Made by a program: the position numbers and the translations under genes. A stretch of DNA of 28,814 bases, from UHGV virus genome UHGV-0268820. The stretch is one strand, 5' to 3'. Positions 27,690 through 28,814 of the stretch are shown here, piece after piece. The notes under the pieces were generated by a model. It did no database searches. It saw only the letters and a program-made list of their open reading frames with translations, and had not been told where the DNA came from. The first letter of the stretch is position 1; each line of letters starts with the position of its first letter. Source of the stretch: a virus.

Positions 27690-27707
27690 CTTTCTGGAGA
27701 CATATGA

Positions 27708-28460
27708 ATGCCCGTTTCTTTAAGCGCTCAACTTGGTAGCAAAGAACAGGCCGATGTAAGACTTGCTGGCTCTGTCATGTCGGCGCTGCGTGTTTCTATG
27801 CCCGGCATCGTCCAGTCATTTGATCCGGACACGGTAACAGTGGTTGTTCAACCTGCGATTAAAGGCTATGAGCCGGACTCAAATGGAATCAACCAGTCGA
27901 CGACATTACCCCTGCTGGTGGATGTACCAGTGGTATTCCCGCGCGGCGGAGGCTGTACGTTGACTTTTCCGGTAAAAGCCGGGGATGAGTGTCTTGTCGT
28001 TTTTGCCGATCGTTGTATTGATTTCTGGTGGCAGAGTGGCGGGATACAGGAGCCGGTCGATGACAGAATGCATGATTTATCGGATGCGTTTTGTATTGTC
28101 GGTCCCCAGTCGCAGGCGAGGAAGATTAGCGGTATTAATACCAGTGCCACACAGTTGCGTAGTGACGACGGCAGCACCTATTTTGAGCTTAATCCTGATA
28201 CCAGGAAAATTAAAATTGTCGCTCCGGGTGGTCTTGATGTGGTTGCCCCTCTGGCTGATTTTTCTGAGAAAGTAACCATTCATGGCCTGTTAACCTGGAT
28301 GGGGGGCATGGTGGGGTCTGTGGTTTCTGGTGTGGCTTCAAAAATCACTGGTGCTGTTGAGTTTTTGGGTAGCGTGAAGGCTAACGGCAAGCCAATCGAT
28401 GATACGCACACTCATGGTGGTGTTCAGCGCGGTGGAAGCAGTACCGACGGGGTAAACTGA
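27708..28460 (+). CDS. baseplate central spike/assembly protein (gpV / Gp138 N-terminal-domain-like)
   Basis: 250 aa; N-terminal region ...GIVQSFDPDTVTVVVQPAIKGY...LPLLVDVPVVFPRGGGCTLTFPVKAGDECLVVFADRCIDFWW resembles OB-fold spike N-domains; Gly-rich C-terminus; GGAGA RBS. Confidence 0.55.
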   Translation: MPVSLSAQLGSKEQADVRLAGSVMSALRVSMPGIVQSFDPDTVTVVVQPAIKGYEPDSNGINQSTTLPLLVDVPVVFPRGGGCTLTFPVKAGDECLVVFADRCIDFWWQSGGIQEPVDDRMHDLSDAFCIVGPQSQARKISGINTSATQLRSDDGSTYFELNPDTRKIKIVAPGGLDVVAPLADFSEKVTIHGLLTWMGGMVGSVVSGVASKITGAVEFLGSVKANGKPIDDTHTHGGVQRGGSSTDGVN

Positions 28461-28813
28461 TGCGATACAGACGTGAAGACGCCGATGGCGATTACACCTT
28501 TGGCAGCGGTGATGACACCTGGCTGATTAACTCGCCTGAGGCCGTAGCGCAGGCTGTGAAAACGCGATTCGAATTGTGGTATGGGCAATGGTTTCTTGAT
28601 ACCACAGAGGGAACACCGTGGATCCAGTCCGTGCTGGGCAGGCAAAAACCAGAAACTTACAACCTGGCGATCCGTAAGCGCATCCTCGAAACGCAGGGCG
28701 TTAAATCAATCCTCTCTTTCAATACGACAGTAGATACCACGACCCGACGTGTCATGTTTTCCGCTGAAATCGACACTCTTTATGGAATAACGACTGTTAC
28801 ATCGGAGGCGTAA
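28460..28813 (+). CDS. putative baseplate protein (117 aa)
   Basis: ATGA overlap with the spike gene stop; position in the baseplate cluster; ends at TAA 28811-28813, one base before the window end. Confidence 0.5.
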   Translation: MRYRREDADGDYTFGSGDDTWLINSPEAVAQAVKTRFELWYGQWFLDTTEGTPWIQSVLGRQKPETYNLAIRKRILETQGVKSILSFNTTVDTTTRRVMFSAEIDTLYGITTVTSEA

Positions 28814-28814
28814 T

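Noticed and set aside
1-28814. CRISPR arrays, integrase/attachment site, transposase or IS elements
   Set aside because: No regularly spaced direct repeats, no tyrosine or serine recombinase-like ORF and no terminal inverted repeats flanking a transposase were seen; the prophage ends and immunity region lie outside this window.

Overview
The window is one contiguous stretch of a mosaic lambdoid prophage or phage from an enterobacterial (E. coli/Shigella-like) host, with almost all genes on the + strand. Identifications rest on reading the supplied ORF translations, recalled similarity to phage lambda proteins, and motifs visible in the sequence; no database search was run. Manually derived coordinates may be off by 1-2 nt. 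Order of modules: (1) 3' end of a cII-like gene with an oop-like antisense RNA terminator on the - strand; (2) a replication module with a lambda-O-like initiator carrying an internal iteron/AT-rich origin, followed by a primase-helicase fusion instead of lambda P; (3) a tR2-like terminator and a lambda-type nin region (ninB, ninC, ninD, ninE, ninF, ninG, ninH, ninI) interrupted by an AT-rich HNH homing endonuclease and a Rha/KilAC antirepressor-like gene; (4) a QuuD/Q21-family late antiterminator, a pR'-like promoter and terminator, and an 884-bp Q-S spacer with duplicated leader elements; (5) an essentially lambda-identical lysis cassette S (dual start), R, Rz with embedded Rz1; (6) an ORF-less 570-bp stretch and a small AT-rich minus-strand moron; (7) non-lambda packaging and morphogenesis genes: terS, terL, portal, MuF-like protein, scaffold/protease, major capsid, connectors, tail sheath, tube, chaperone with a -1 frameshift extension, tape measure and baseplate/spike genes. 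The most unusual element is an AT-rich two-gene moron inside the baseplate cluster (secreted protein, then own promoter, small membrane protein and terminator). No tRNA, rRNA, CRISPR array, integrase or transposase was found.
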